From NCBI RefSeq assembly GCF_900544795.1, contig NZ_UQWM01000001.1: a stretch of DNA of 64,000 nt. One strand, written 5' to 3'. Shown here one piece after another: positions 9,258 through 19,433 of this stretch; the first letter of the stretch is position 1, and each line of letters opens with the position of its first letter. The position numbers and the translations under genes were made by a program. Below the pieces are notes generated by a model. That model did no database searches. It saw nothing but the letters and a program-made list of their open reading frames with translations, and had not been told where the DNA came from. Source of the DNA: an uncultured Phascolarctobacterium sp. (lineage in GTDB: Bacteria; Bacillota; Negativicutes; Acidaminococcales; Acidaminococcaceae).

Positions 9258-10187
9258 TCACAAAAGGTCGATATAGTCACAAGCCGCTAAAGCAGCTTCT
9301 GTACCATCGGCAGCAGCAGTTGTCAGCTGGCGCACCTTTTTGGCGCGGCCGTCACCGGCGGCAAAGATGCCCGGGCACGAGGTAGCGCAGTTTTCGTCAG
9401 TTTTGATATAGCCGTAAGCATCCAGCTCGACTAAAGCAGCAAAGGCTTTGTTATCGGGGATATGTCCAATGGCGATAAAAACTGCTTCAACATCCAAAAC
9501 CTGCTCCGTTTGGCTGACATTATCACGTACGTTCAACGATTCCAGCTTGTCAGTACCGTTGAGCGCCGTAACTTCGCTTTCCAGCAGAAAATGTACGTTT
9601 TTGTGCTCTTGCAGCTTCTCCAGCAGGCGTTTTTCGGCACTACAGGTTTTACTACGGTGGATAAGATAAACATTTTTACTGGTAGAACTTAATACCAAAG
9701 CGTCGTCAAGGGCCGTATTGCCGCCCCCGACCACAGCCACGTTTTTATCCTTAAAAAACGCGCCGTCGCAGGTGGCACAGTAGGAAACGCCGGCACCGAT
9801 GAATTTATCTTCATTATCCAGCCCTAAGGGGCGCACACGCGCGCCAGTAGCTAAAATAACGGTTTTAGCCAGCAGCTCGCCGCCATATTCAGTCTGCACG
9901 CCTTTGTGATAGCCATAATCATGCAGGCCTGTAACCTTGTCATAAGCGATCTCGGCACCCATTTTTATGGCCTGGTTATACAGCGCTTCGGCAAATTCAA
10001 AACCGGCAATGGATTCAAAGCCGGGGAAATTCTCTACATGTGAAGCGTTGATGATCTGACCGCCCTGCAGATACTGCTCGACCAGTTTAACAGATTTACC
10101 GGCCCGAGCCGCATAAACTGCCGCCGTCAATCCGGCTGTACCGGCACCGACGATCAGTACATCAGTCATGATTTGTTTCTCAGTCAT
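9258..10187 (-). CDS. trxB: Thioredoxin-disulfide reductase
   Basis: FAD motif VGAGTAGLTAAVYAARAG, redox CATCDG, NADPH motif GGGNTA. Start taken at MTEKQ with RBS GGTGA. Confidence 0.9.
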   Translation of the reverse strand: MTEKQIMTDVLIVGAGTAGLTAAVYAARAGKSVKLVEQYLQGGQIINASHVENFPGFESIAGFEFAEALYNQAIKMGAEIAYDKVTGLHDYGYHKGVQTEYGGELLAKTVILATGARVRPLGLDNEDKFIGAGVSYCATCDGAFFKDKNVAVVGGGNTALDDALVLSSTSKNVYLIHRSKTCSAEKRLLEKLQEHKNVHFLLESEVTALNGTDKLESLNVRDNVSQTEQVLDVEAVFIAIGHIPDNKAFAALVELDAYGYIKTDENCATSCPGIFAAGDGRAKKVRQLTTAAADGTEAALAACDYIDLL

Positions 10188-10212
10188 ATTTTCACCGCTT
10201 CCCAGCCGCAAT

Positions 10213-10521
10213 TTATTTCAGCATCGCCAAAATAGCTGGCTTCGGCTGTACGCCGACAGATTGTTTTACTGGTTTGCCGTCCTCAAAAACGATTAAGGTC
10301 GGGATAGTTTGAACCTTGTATTCAGAAGCCAGCTCCTGGTTGGCGTCAACATCTACCTTGCAGACTTTAACGTCGGTCAGTTCGCTGCCCAACTGGTCGA
10401 TGATGGGACCGAGCATACGGCAGGGGCCGCACCAGGAAGCCCAAAAATCCACCAATACTTTACCTTTAGCCTCCAGCACTTCTTTTGTAAAAGTTGCATC
10501 CGTAACATGTACAACTGACAT
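10213..10521 (-). CDS. trxA: Thioredoxin
   Basis: 102 aa with WCGPC active site, directly upstream of trxB. Confidence 0.9.
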   Translation of the reverse strand: MSVVHVTDATFTKEVLEAKGKVLVDFWASWCGPCRMLGPIIDQLGSELTDVKVCKVDVDANQELASEYKVQTIPTLIVFEDGKPVKQSVGVQPKPAILAMLK

Positions 10522-10692
10522 AATAACATCTCCTTTTATCCATATATTTTATATCTATCTTAATTGTACCTACTATTGATAATAATTGCAACAAATAATA
10601 ATTACATTATCATTGCTAAAAACTCCATAAAATATTCTTTGGCTTTTAAAACGGCAACAAGCACTTTGCTGTAGGCAAAGTGCTTATTGATA

Positions 10693-12267
10693 TCAAGGCT
10701 GATATATCTTATATTGGTTTTTGCCATGCCTTTTAGCGTCATACAGAGCGATATCGCTTTGCCGGATCAATAAATCCACATCTGCCAGCTGCTCACTGGC
10801 CGCGATACCAAGGCTGGCCGACAGCACGGCAAATTTTTCATTGCGACCGATAGCCCGCTGTAAGTTCGTCAAGAAGCGTTCCCCCAACTCTGCCAACTCA
10901 GACTCATTTCTTGGCCCCAGCACCACTGCTAAAAACTCGTCGCCGCCGATACGGGCGATAAACGACTCGCAGAAGGTCTCACGCAGGACATCAGTCACCA
11001 TGATCAAGGCAATGTCGCCCGTCTGGTGACCATGGATATCGTTGATCTTTTTAAAATTATCCAGGTCGATATAAAAAAGATTGACTCGCTGCACCATATT
11101 TTTCAGCTTGCCCATATATTCATAAAAATGACGGCGGTTATAAAGTTCAGTCAGATGGTCGGTATTGGCGTTATGCAAGATCCTCTTGGATAAGCTGCGC
11201 TCAACAGTCACATCCCTGCACATACACAACACGCCCACGGCCGTACCAAAAACATCATAAATAGGCTGTTCATAGATTTCCATATTTCTGGCACGGCCAT
11301 TGACAAACAGGGTAGCGTCGGCGTAGCCTTTAGCATTGATCTCGCCCATATCAAATAAATTCTTATGCTTCCAGGACGCATATTCCTGCCCTAAAAGTGT
11401 TTCCCTGTCAACGGCGAAATACTGACTGCAGTTTTCATTAGCGTTGATAATGATGCCAGCTTCATTGGTCAACAGCACTGCGAAAGGCAGGTTACGCAGA
11501 ATGACTTCCAATTCCGCACCCATATTTTCCAGATCGGTAACATCCTGGGCAATGCCGACCGTGCCGATCAACTGCTGTTCATCATCAAAAATCGGTGATT
11601 TATAGGTTTTGAACTGACGCATACCGTGCTTAGTCTTGACCTTTTCGTCAAAGACGCAGGTTTTGCGCTTCTGCAGCACGATCTCTTCTGTTTCTAAACA
11701 GACATATTCGCCCTGCTCATATTCTTCCTGCTTGATATCCCAGATATAATAATGGCCGCGGCCTTCAACATCAGCCTTGGTCTTGCCAACCGCGCGGCAA
11801 AAGCCGTCATTGACCTTTAAATGGGCACCCCGGACATCCTTGAACCAGATCAAGTTAGGGATACTGTTGATGGCTGTTTCCAGATAGCTGCGGTACAGGT
11901 TGCGGTCTTTAACAGCCTTGATCGCTTCAAAAAGGCGTTTTAATTTAAAAATAACAAAGGCTTCGCCATAAGGTTGAGCCCAAATATCTGTTAAAAACTG
12001 ATAAGTTTTCCCAGACAGCTGCTGCACCAAAGCCGCAGGCGCACACAAAATCACTTCCGCACCTGTTTTAGCCTGCTGCAGGGCTTGCAGCACATCAGCA
12101 TCCACAAGCTCGCAGATGATAATATCGGCAGTTTTTATCGCCTCATCGGCGTCCTTTTGCAGCAGTACCTGGTGGGCAAAGCCTTCCAGCGGCGGCATAC
12201 TCCGCACAGCGTTATACAAAAAATCGTTCTGGCTTAAAATTAGTATCTCTATTTTATAATGATACAT
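10693..12267 (-). CDS. Diguanylate cyclase with degenerate receiver-like N-domain and two PAS domains (PAS-PAS-GGDEF)
   Basis: 524 aa. RIGGDEF active-site motif. Upstream DxLTxLYNRR...YIDLDNFKKINDIHGH region and PAS segments. Confidence 0.8.
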   Translation of the reverse strand: MYHYKIEILILSQNDFLYNAVRSMPPLEGFAHQVLLQKDADEAIKTADIIICELVDADVLQALQQAKTGAEVILCAPAALVQQLSGKTYQFLTDIWAQPYGEAFVIFKLKRLFEAIKAVKDRNLYRSYLETAINSIPNLIWFKDVRGAHLKVNDGFCRAVGKTKADVEGRGHYYIWDIKQEEYEQGEYVCLETEEIVLQKRKTCVFDEKVKTKHGMRQFKTYKSPIFDDEQQLIGTVGIAQDVTDLENMGAELEVILRNLPFAVLLTNEAGIIINANENCSQYFAVDRETLLGQEYASWKHKNLFDMGEINAKGYADATLFVNGRARNMEIYEQPIYDVFGTAVGVLCMCRDVTVERSLSKRILHNANTDHLTELYNRRHFYEYMGKLKNMVQRVNLFYIDLDNFKKINDIHGHQTGDIALIMVTDVLRETFCESFIARIGGDEFLAVVLGPRNESELAELGERFLTNLQRAIGRNEKFAVLSASLGIAASEQLADVDLLIRQSDIALYDAKRHGKNQYKIYQP

Positions 12268-12574
12268 ATTCTCACATCCAGTTATTTCATTTTCCTCAAA
12301 ATCATTTTATAACAACACTATTCCAACTATATCTTCAACTATATTTATATTAGTTCAAATTATATTTCATTACCTCTGTTTTGTCTACTGCTTAAGCAAC
12401 TAAAGTATACATTATGTTATACTGTTTTTTATGATAAAAAAATCATCCGCACAAGGAGGACTATCATACAAAACCACGCCGCACTTATAGAAACGGCACT
12501 GGCGGAAGCCATGTTTGCAGGCTGGCAGCGGCGAACAACAGTTTTTTTATTTTGTTTACTGGCATACATAGAAA

Positions 12575-12606
12575 AAGAGCTTCCAAGATTTCTCTTGGAA
12601 GCTCTG
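12575..12606 (-). terminator. Terminator downstream of tRNA-Ser
   Basis: agagcttccaag-N6-cttggaagctct hairpin with T-run on minus. Confidence 0.65.
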
Positions 12607-12617
12607 GACTTACAATA

Positions 12618-12709
12618 GTGGCGGAGTGGGTGGGATTCGAACCCACGCACGAGTCACCCCGTCTAACGATTTAGCAAACCGTCCTCTTCAGCCACTTGAG
12701 TACCACTCC
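12618..12709 (-). tRNA. tRNA-Ser (anticodon GCU), CCA encoded
   Basis: Cloverleaf with long variable arm. Anticodon loop TTGCTAA. TTCGAAT T-loop. 3' GCCA. Confidence 0.85.
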
Positions 12710-12809
12710 GTTTGACTTACTAGGCTAGTATACACTATCCTGAGACTTTTTTCAAGAGCCGCCCAGCAAATATTTATTGCTATTATGCCGCTCAATTTGT
12801 TTTTAATAT

Positions 12810-12898
12810 GGCGGAGAGGGTGGGATTCGAACCCACGGAGGCTTGCACCTCGCTGGTTTTCAAGACCAGAGCCTTCAACCACTCGACCACCTCTCCGT
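12810..12898 (-). tRNA. tRNA-Ser (anticodon UGA), CCA encoded
   Basis: Cloverleaf with long variable arm. Anticodon loop CTTGAAA. TTCGAAT T-loop. Confidence 0.85.
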
Positions 12899-12994
12899 GC
12901 TTTTGTTATTATACGGCAAATAAGTATCTGCGTCAAGTTCAGCAGGCAGATTATTGACTGCTCGGCAGCTTTCAGCAGGCTGGTAAATAAAGAA

Positions 12995-13023
12995 AACCGC
13001 CGTCAAAAATGACGGCGGTTTTA
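12995..13023. terminator. Bidirectional terminator after the PFOR gene
   Basis: aaccgccgtca-aaaa-tgacggcggtt hairpin with T-runs on both strands. Confidence 0.7.
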
Positions 13024-13036
13024 GTGTTAAACAGGG

Positions 13037-16000
13037 TTATGCTTTACCTGCCAAACGTTTGTAGTTATTCAAACGTTCCTGAGCATCCTGTTCAGTTTTG
13101 GCGAACAGTGCCTCGGCAGTTTCGGGATATTGTTTGAGCAGGGAAGAATAACGAACTTCGCCCAAAAGGAACTCTCTGAAATCTGCAGTAGGTTCTTTGG
13201 AGTCCAGAACGAATGGGTTCTCGCCTTTCTCTTTCAAAGCCGGGTTGTAACGGTAGTTTGCCCAGTAACCGCAGTCTACAGCACGTTTAGATTCCAGCTG
13301 GCTGCAGCCCATGCCTGCTTTCAAACCGTGGTTGATACACGGAGAGTAAGCAATGATGAGGGACGGACCATCATAAGCTTCGGCCTCGGCGATAGCTTTC
13401 AGGGTCTGGTTTTTGTCGGCACCCATCGAGATCTGCGCTACATAAACGTAACCATAACTCATAGCCATCATGCCCAGGTCTTTTTTCTTAGTCTTTTTGC
13501 CGCTGGCAGCAAATTTAGCAATAGCCGCCGTCGGAGTGGATTTAGAGGACTGGCCGCCGGTGTTGGAGTAAACCTCGGTATCGAAAACCATAACGTTAAC
13601 GTTTTCGCCGGAGGCAAGAACATGATCCAAACCGCCGTAGCCGATGTCATAAGCCCAGCCGTCGCCGCCGAAGATCCAGTGGCTGCGTTTGACGAAGAAT
13701 TGTTTTTCTTTGTAGAGAGCCGCGCATTTTGTGCATTGGCCCTGGTATTTTTCCAAAGCGGCAGTCAACGCTTCAGCACGATCGCGGGTACCTTCGCTGA
13801 CGTCCATATTGTCAAGCCAATCCTGCATAGCGGCTTTCAGGTCAGCCGGGATATCGGCAGCCAAAGCTTCTTTGACCATTTCAGCAACGCGGTCGCGGGA
13901 TTGTTTTACGCCCAGGTACATACCCAAACCATATTCGGCATTATCCTCGAAGAGGGAATTTGCCCAGCTGGGGCCGTGACCTTTGCTGTTAGTGGTGTAA
14001 GGCATGGACGGCGCGCTGGCGCCCCAGATAGAGGAACAGCCGGTAGCATTGGCGATCATCATGCGGTCACCAACAAGCTGAGTAACCAGCTTAGCATACG
14101 GAGTCTCTCCGCAGCCTGCGCAGGCGCCGGAGAACTCGAGCAAAGGCGGCTCGAACTGTACGCCTTTAACAGTATTTTTATTCATCGGATTAGCTTTCGG
14201 TGTAACCTTATGGGCGGTATAATCCCAATTAACAGTTTTAGCCAGCTGGCTTTCCAGGGGTTTCATGACCAAAGCTTTTTCTTTAGCCGGACAGACCTGT
14301 TCGCAGTTGCCGCAGCCGGTGCAGTCGAGCGGGGAAATAGCCATATGGAATTTAAGGCCTTTAGCGCCGACAGCATCTTTATATTCCACGCCCTGCGGAG
14401 CATTTGCAGCTTCTTCTTCCGTCATCAGGACGGGGCGGATAACTGCGTGCGGGCAGACGAAGGAACATTGGTTACATTGGATACATTTATCCATTTGCCA
14501 TTCGGGAACATTGATGGCGATGCCACGTTTTTCGTAAGCGGAAGTGCCGCTGGGGAAAGTACCGTCGACATTTTTATTAAAGGTGCTGACAGGCAGGTTA
14601 TCGCCTTCCAAACGGTTGACCGGGGTCAGGATATTATCGATGAATTCGTTGCCGGTAACCAAAATGTTAGCGTCGCCTTCGGCTTCAGCCCAGGAGGCAG
14701 GCACATCGATCTTCACAATAGCGTTGACGCCGCGGTCGATAGCGCCATAGTTCATATCCAGAACAGCCTGGCCTTTGAGGCCATAGGAATGGTCAACAGC
14801 TTCTTTCAGATATTTGACAGCGTCAGCCACCGGAATGATATCAGCCAGTTTGAAGAAAGCAGACTGCATGATCATATTGATGCGGCCGCCCAGACCGATT
14901 TCCTGCGCGATCTTGACTGCGTCGATAGTATAGAAGTTAACAGCGTTTTTAGCAATATAGCGTTTAACGTTGCCGGGCAGGTGTTTTTCCAGCTCTTCCA
15001 TAGACCAGTTGCAGTTCAGCAGGAAGGTACCGCCTTTTTTCAGGCCGGCAGTAACATCATATTTATCAACATAGGATTGATTATGTACAGCTACGAAATC
15101 TGCAAAATTGATCAGATACGGCGCGCGGATCGGTTCGTGGCCGAAACGCAGATGGGAAACAGTGATACCGCCGGATTTTTTGGAGTCGTAGGAGAAATAA
15201 CCCTGAGCATACATATCTGTGTAATCGCCGATGATCTTGATGGCGCTTTTGTTAGCACCGACAGTACCGTCGCTGCCGAGGCCCCAAAACTTACAGCTCT
15301 TCGTGCCTGCGGGGGTAGTATCGAGCGCAGTGGTCACTGTCAGAGAAGTGTTGGTAACGTCGTCTACGATACCGACAGTGAAATTGTTTTTCGGTGCTGC
15401 CGCGCCAAGATTTTCAAAAACTGCCAAAATCTCAGACGGAGTCAGCTCTTTGCTGCCTAAGCCGTAACGGCCGCCGATGATAAGCGGGGACATTTCGGAT
15501 TCGTAGAAAGCGCCACGCACATCCATGTATAAAGGTTCGCCGAAGGAGCCGGGCTCTTTGGTACGGTCCATAACAGCGATGCGTTTAACAGATTTGGGGA
15601 TAGCGCCCATAAAATGCTTGATGGAGAACGGACGGTAGAGATGGACCGCCAGCAGACCAACTTTTTTACCTTCAGCGTTAAGCTTTTCAACAACGGTCTG
15701 AATAGTTTCGCAGGCACTGCCCATAGCGATGATGATCTCTTCAGCATCGGGTGCGCCGTAGTAGTTGAACAAACCGTATTTACGGCCGGTCAGCTTGCTG
15801 ATCTCGTTCATATATTCTTCCACGATTTCCGGCAAAGCTTCATAATAAGAGTTTACAGCTTCGCGGGTCTGGAAATAGATATCGGGGTTTTGGGCAGTAC
15901 CACGTACTACCGGGTTATCAGGATTAAGGCCACGGTTACGGAAAGCAGTTACCGCATCATAATCAACTAATTTTGCCAGATCGTCATAAGCAAGCGTTTC

Positions 16001-16546
16001 GATTTTCTGGATCTCGTGGGAGGTACGGAAGCCGTCAAAGAAGTTGATGAAAGGAACACGGCCTTTGATAGCAGCCAAATGTGCTACTGCAGACAGATCC
16101 ATTACTTCCTGCACGCCGCCTTCAGCAAGCAGTGCAAAGCCGGTCTGGCGGGTAGCCATAACGTCCTGATGGTCACCAAAAATAGACAGGGAGCTAGCAG
16201 CTAACGCACGGGCAGAAACATGGAACACGCCCGGCAGCAGTTCGCCTGCCATTTTGTACATATTGGGAATCATCAGAAGGAGACCTTGCGAAGCAGTGTA
16301 GGTAGTAGTTAAAGCACCGGACTGCAAAGAACCGTGCACGGCACCTGCGGCACCTGCTTCAGATTGCATTTCCAATACTTTTACTGTTTGACCAAAAATA
16401 TTTTTCTGACCTTGGGCAGACCATTCGTCTACTACTTCTGCCATGGTAGAGGACGGGGTAATAGGATAAATAGCCGCAACATCGGTAAACGCATAAGATA
16501 TATACGCCGCAGCGGTATTACCGTCCATAGTTTTCATTTTTGTCAT
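13037..16546 (-). CDS. nifJ: Pyruvate:ferredoxin (flavodoxin) oxidoreductase, single-polypeptide PFOR
   Basis: About 1170 aa from MTKMKTMDGNTAAAY (RBS GAAGGGGA). Contains domain I, II and III, two 4Fe-4S ferredoxin motifs (CIQCNQCSFVCPHA, CTGCGNCEQVCP) and the TPP-binding domain GGDGWAYDIGYGGLDH. The 776-aa plus-strand ORF 13130..15460 is its antisense shadow. Confidence 0.9.
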   Translation of the reverse strand: MTKMKTMDGNTAAAYISYAFTDVAAIYPITPSSTMAEVVDEWSAQGQKNIFGQTVKVLEMQSEAGAAGAVHGSLQSGALTTTYTASQGLLLMIPNMYKMAGELLPGVFHVSARALAASSLSIFGDHQDVMATRQTGFALLAEGGVQEVMDLSAVAHLAAIKGRVPFINFFDGFRTSHEIQKIETLAYDDLAKLVDYDAVTAFRNRGLNPDNPVVRGTAQNPDIYFQTREAVNSYYEALPEIVEEYMNEISKLTGRKYGLFNYYGAPDAEEIIIAMGSACETIQTVVEKLNAEGKKVGLLAVHLYRPFSIKHFMGAIPKSVKRIAVMDRTKEPGSFGEPLYMDVRGAFYESEMSPLIIGGRYGLGSKELTPSEILAVFENLGAAAPKNNFTVGIVDDVTNTSLTVTTALDTTPAGTKSCKFWGLGSDGTVGANKSAIKIIGDYTDMYAQGYFSYDSKKSGGITVSHLRFGHEPIRAPYLINFADFVAVHNQSYVDKYDVTAGLKKGGTFLLNCNWSMEELEKHLPGNVKRYIAKNAVNFYTIDAVKIAQEIGLGGRINMIMQSAFFKLADIIPVADAVKYLKEAVDHSYGLKGQAVLDMNYGAIDRGVNAIVKIDVPASWAEAEGDANILVTGNEFIDNILTPVNRLEGDNLPVSTFNKNVDGTFPSGTSAYEKRGIAINVPEWQMDKCIQCNQCSFVCPHAVIRPVLMTEEEAANAPQGVEYKDAVGAKGLKFHMAISPLDCTGCGNCEQVCPAKEKALVMKPLESQLAKTVNWDYTAHKVTPKANPMNKNTVKGVQFEPPLLEFSGACAGCGETPYAKLVTQLVGDRMMIANATGCSSIWGASAPSMPYTTNSKGHGPSWANSLFEDNAEYGLGMYLGVKQSRDRVAEMVKEALAADIPADLKAAMQDWLDNMDVSEGTRDRAEALTAALEKYQGQCTKCAALYKEKQFFVKRSHWIFGGDGWAYDIGYGGLDHVLASGENVNVMVFDTEVYSNTGGQSSKSTPTAAIAKFAASGKKTKKKDLGMMAMSYGYVYVAQISMGADKNQTLKAIAEAEAYDGPSLIIAYSPCINHGLKAGMGCSQLESKRAVDCGYWANYRYNPALKEKGENPFVLDSKEPTADFREFLLGEVRYSSLLKQYPETAEALFAKTEQDAQERLNNYKRLAGKA

Positions 16547-16663
16547 TTGATCCCCTTCTTTCTTTTGATTTAGAGTACAAGATATGGGAACCGGCCTTAT
16601 CGGTTCCTGTGATACGCAAAACAAGTGTGCTTCAGGGCATAGTTCACCCTTGCTCACATAATT

Positions 16664-16692
16664 AGTATACACTATTTAATCACTTTTGTAAA
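16664..16692 (-). promoter_or_regulatory. Putative sigma-A promoter of the PFOR gene (TTTACA-17-TATACT), followed by a 110-nt leader with a small hairpin
   Basis: Read on minus: tttacaaaagtgattaaatagtgtatact. Leader hairpin ggaaccg-N7-cggttcc. Confidence 0.45.
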
Positions 16693-16798
16693 TTTGCTTC
16701 GCATGTATACATGTGACAATTATGCAAGTGTTTTGTAAATTTTTAAAACGTGCCAAATGCTTGACGAGTGCTATAATAATGCTACGGAGGTGTTGAAT

Positions 16799-17305
16799 AT
16801 GCAGACGATAGTTAACTACATCGCAAAATCTCTTCAAGCTCGTATTCCCAGAATAAAAATAGATACAGCCATCGATACTGCTTTAGCGCACCTGACTATA
16901 CCGAACAAACACGGAGGCAAACCTATAAAAATCCTGGCCAAAGCCCATGCGGGCATCATGGTCATTTATAACAAAACTCCGCGGCTTTTTGCTCTGGACG
17001 CTAAAGGGATCGATAAACTCGTCTTTGATATCAGTGAATATCTTAAAGGACGCAGCGTTTATCTGGACCTGCTGAAAAGTGACGGCAGTGCTGGCGACAA
17101 GGACTGTATCGCCAATTCTATCGAAGTACAAGCTGAAACCTTTGATATTCTGACAAATTTGATCACCCGCAAAGGGCTTTTAGACAGCGCAGAATTGCAA
17201 GAGGCTTTAAACGAAGGAGACATTGTACGGATCAATTACTGGGATCCGCGCAAAAACTACGGTTACAGGCTTGATGGCGACCATCTTGCCAAAATTGCCC
17301 TGTGA
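16799..17305 (+). CDS. Hypothetical protein, 168 aa
   Basis: TTGACG-17-TATAAT promoter at 16761..16783. RBS GGAGGTG 7 nt before ATG. Terminator downstream. The tracked ORF is over-extended upstream. No family recognised. Confidence 0.55.
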   Translation: MQTIVNYIAKSLQARIPRIKIDTAIDTALAHLTIPNKHGGKPIKILAKAHAGIMVIYNKTPRLFALDAKGIDKLVFDISEYLKGRSVYLDLLKSDGSAGDKDCIANSIEVQAETFDILTNLITRKGLLDSAELQEALNEGDIVRINYWDPRKNYGYRLDGDHLAKIAL

Positions 17306-17316
17306 CCCAATAAAAA

Positions 17317-17344
17317 AGGAACTGCTCAGCAGTTCCTTTTTTAT
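17317..17344. terminator. Bidirectional terminator
   Basis: aggaactgc-tca-gcagttcct hairpin followed by TTTTTT. Confidence 0.7.
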
Positions 17345-17361
17345 TTAAGCTGTAAATTTAT

Positions 17362-18567
17362 CTAGGCTACAAAAGAGGACAATACGGCAGCCTTAGTAAT
17401 GATGCCGCGGAAGACCTTTTCTTCGTCTACTACCGCCAGCGGGAAAGTCGCATTGGCAGCGATCGGCACGATGTCTGCTATCGGCGCGTCCAGGTCGTTG
17501 ACCTGGGGCACGTCGCGGATGATGACTTCGGCAAAACTCTTTTTACCGTCGCGCACAGCCAAAGCCCCGTCCAGGGTAACGATGCCGATAAAGTTCATAT
17601 GCTCACCGACCACATAGGCACTGGAAACGCCGTTAGCACGCATACTGGTCAGGGCTGTGTTGGCGCCGTCGCTGGTTTTAACGATACAGCTGGGCGTAGA
17701 CATGATGTTGCGCACACAAAAGACCTTGCTGGTGTCGACGTTATGGATAAACTTCTTCACATAATCATCGGCAGGGTTGGCCAGCATCTGCTCCGGCGTA
17801 TCGATCTGCACCATGCGGCCGTCACGCAGAATACCGACCCGGTTGCCTAATTTAAAGGCTTCATTGATATCGTGGGTGATAAAAACGATGGTCTTGCCCA
17901 TCCGCTCCTGTATCCGCAGCAATTCAAACTGCAAATCGTTTTTCACTAATGGGTCAAGTGCTGAAAAGGCCTCATCCATCAGCAGGATATCAGGGTCGTT
18001 AGCCAGCGCCCGGGCAATGCCGACACGCTGCTTCATACCGCCTGAAAGGCTGCTGAGCTTTTCATTTTCGTAGCCGGTCAGCCCCACCATATTGATCATT
18101 TCCAAAGCTTTTGCTTCACGTTCTTCCTTACTGATGCCACGCACTTCAAGGCCATAGGCCACATTGCCCAAAACATCGCGGTGGCTTAAAAGCCCCCCGT
18201 TCTGGAAGACCATGGAAACTTTGGTACGGCGCAGCTCCTGCAGCTGCTTTTCAGTATATTTAGTAATATCTTCGCCGTCGATCAGGATCTCGCCCTTCGT
18301 CGGCTTATGCAGCATATTTAAACAACGCACGATGGTGGATTTACCGCTGCCCGACAAACCTATGAGCACGAACAGCTCGCCCCGCTTAACACTGAAGGAA
18401 ACGTCACTGATAGCCGCCATGATCCCGGTGGTCTCCATAACGTCCATACGGCTGGCACCAAGCTCCAGCAGTTTAAAGGCAGCTTTTCTTTCATCCATAA
18501 AATCGTAAGGTCCGAATAGTTTATATAAATTTTTAACTTCTAATACCGTATCTTTATCCTGCATCAT
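17362..18567 (-). CDS. opuAA: Glycine betaine/proline ABC transporter ATP-binding protein with C-terminal CBS domains
   Basis: Walker A GLSGSGKST, signature LSGGMKQR, Walker B LLMDEAFSALD. Tandem CBS region at the C-terminus. Confidence 0.85.
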   Translation of the reverse strand: MMQDKDTVLEVKNLYKLFGPYDFMDERKAAFKLLELGASRMDVMETTGIMAAISDVSFSVKRGELFVLIGLSGSGKSTIVRCLNMLHKPTKGEILIDGEDITKYTEKQLQELRRTKVSMVFQNGGLLSHRDVLGNVAYGLEVRGISKEEREAKALEMINMVGLTGYENEKLSSLSGGMKQRVGIARALANDPDILLMDEAFSALDPLVKNDLQFELLRIQERMGKTIVFITHDINEAFKLGNRVGILRDGRMVQIDTPEQMLANPADDYVKKFIHNVDTSKVFCVRNIMSTPSCIVKTSDGANTALTSMRANGVSSAYVVGEHMNFIGIVTLDGALAVRDGKKSFAEVIIRDVPQVNDLDAPIADIVPIAANATFPLAVVDEEKVFRGIITKAAVLSSFVA

Positions 18568-19421
18568 TTTCCCTCCTTCTGTACCATGCTCTGGGTCAGA
18601 CGGTCAATAATGATCGCGATGATAACGATGGCAAAGCCGGCGATAATACCGCGTCCGGATTCCATCCTGTTGATAGCTATCAGTACTTCCATGCCCAGGC
18701 CGTTAGCGCCGATCATCGCGCAGGTAACGACCATGGCCACAGCCATCATCATCGTCTGGTTGATACCAGTCATAATGGTCGGTAAAGCCTGCGGTATCTG
18801 CACCTTAAACAGGGTCTGCCAGCTGGAAGAGCCAAAGGCACGGGATGCCTCGACGACTTCCGTATCAACCTGACGGATGCCGTGGCTGGTGAGCCTGATA
18901 ACAGGCACTACCGCATAAACAACCGTCGCCAGTACCGCCGGCACTTTACCGGGGCCCAGCAGCATAACGGCCGGGATCATATAGACGAAAGTCGGCATCG
19001 TCTGCATGGCGTCCAATATCGGCCGCACTATCGTATCCGCACCCCGTACTGCCGCCAGGGCCACGCCTATCGGCAAACCGATCAGCAGCGAAAAAATAAC
19101 TGCCGTGATAACGATGGCCAGGGTCTCATTCATCATCTGCCAATAACCGCAGGCGCCTATCAAAAAGAGCAGCCCGCCGTAAAGCACACCGGTTTTATAA
19201 CTGCCCATCAATTTTTTCGTAGCGAAAATAACCAGTAAAATCATCAGCCACCAGGGAATAATATCCAAAGCGCCATTGATGCCATTTATAAACACACTGA
19301 GCATTCTTTTGACGGCGACAAAAAAAGCGCCGTAGTTAATATTGATATAACGTACAAATTCGTCTATAGGTTCTGCTATATTTAAACTGATAGCAGGAAA
19401 ATTCACTAACCAATTAGTCAT
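18564..19421 (-). CDS. opuAB: Glycine betaine/proline ABC transporter permease
   Basis: 285 aa polytopic membrane protein, ProW/OpuAB-like, with EAA-loop region. Overlaps the opuAA start. Confidence 0.8.
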   Translation of the reverse strand: MTNWLVNFPAISLNIAEPIDEFVRYININYGAFFVAVKRMLSVFINGINGALDIIPWWLMILLVIFATKKLMGSYKTGVLYGGLLFLIGACGYWQMMNETLAIVITAVIFSLLIGLPIGVALAAVRGADTIVRPILDAMQTMPTFVYMIPAVMLLGPGKVPAVLATVVYAVVPVIRLTSHGIRQVDTEVVEASRAFGSSSWQTLFKVQIPQALPTIMTGINQTMMMAVAMVVTCAMIGANGLGMEVLIAINRMESGRGIIAGFAIVIIAIIIDRLTQSMVQKEGK

Positions 19422-19433
19422 ATGCCCACCCCC

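Noticed and set aside
12429-13012. Three ORFs of 73-82 aa
   Set aside because: They overlap the two tRNA-Ser genes and their conserved T-arm/acceptor sequences (the peptide GFESHPLRH is a tRNA-translation artefact).
13130-15460. 776-aa plus-strand ORF
   Set aside because: Lies entirely inside, and antisense to, the PFOR gene, whose minus-strand frame has continuous PFOR domain motifs. The plus frame has low-complexity composition and no RBS.
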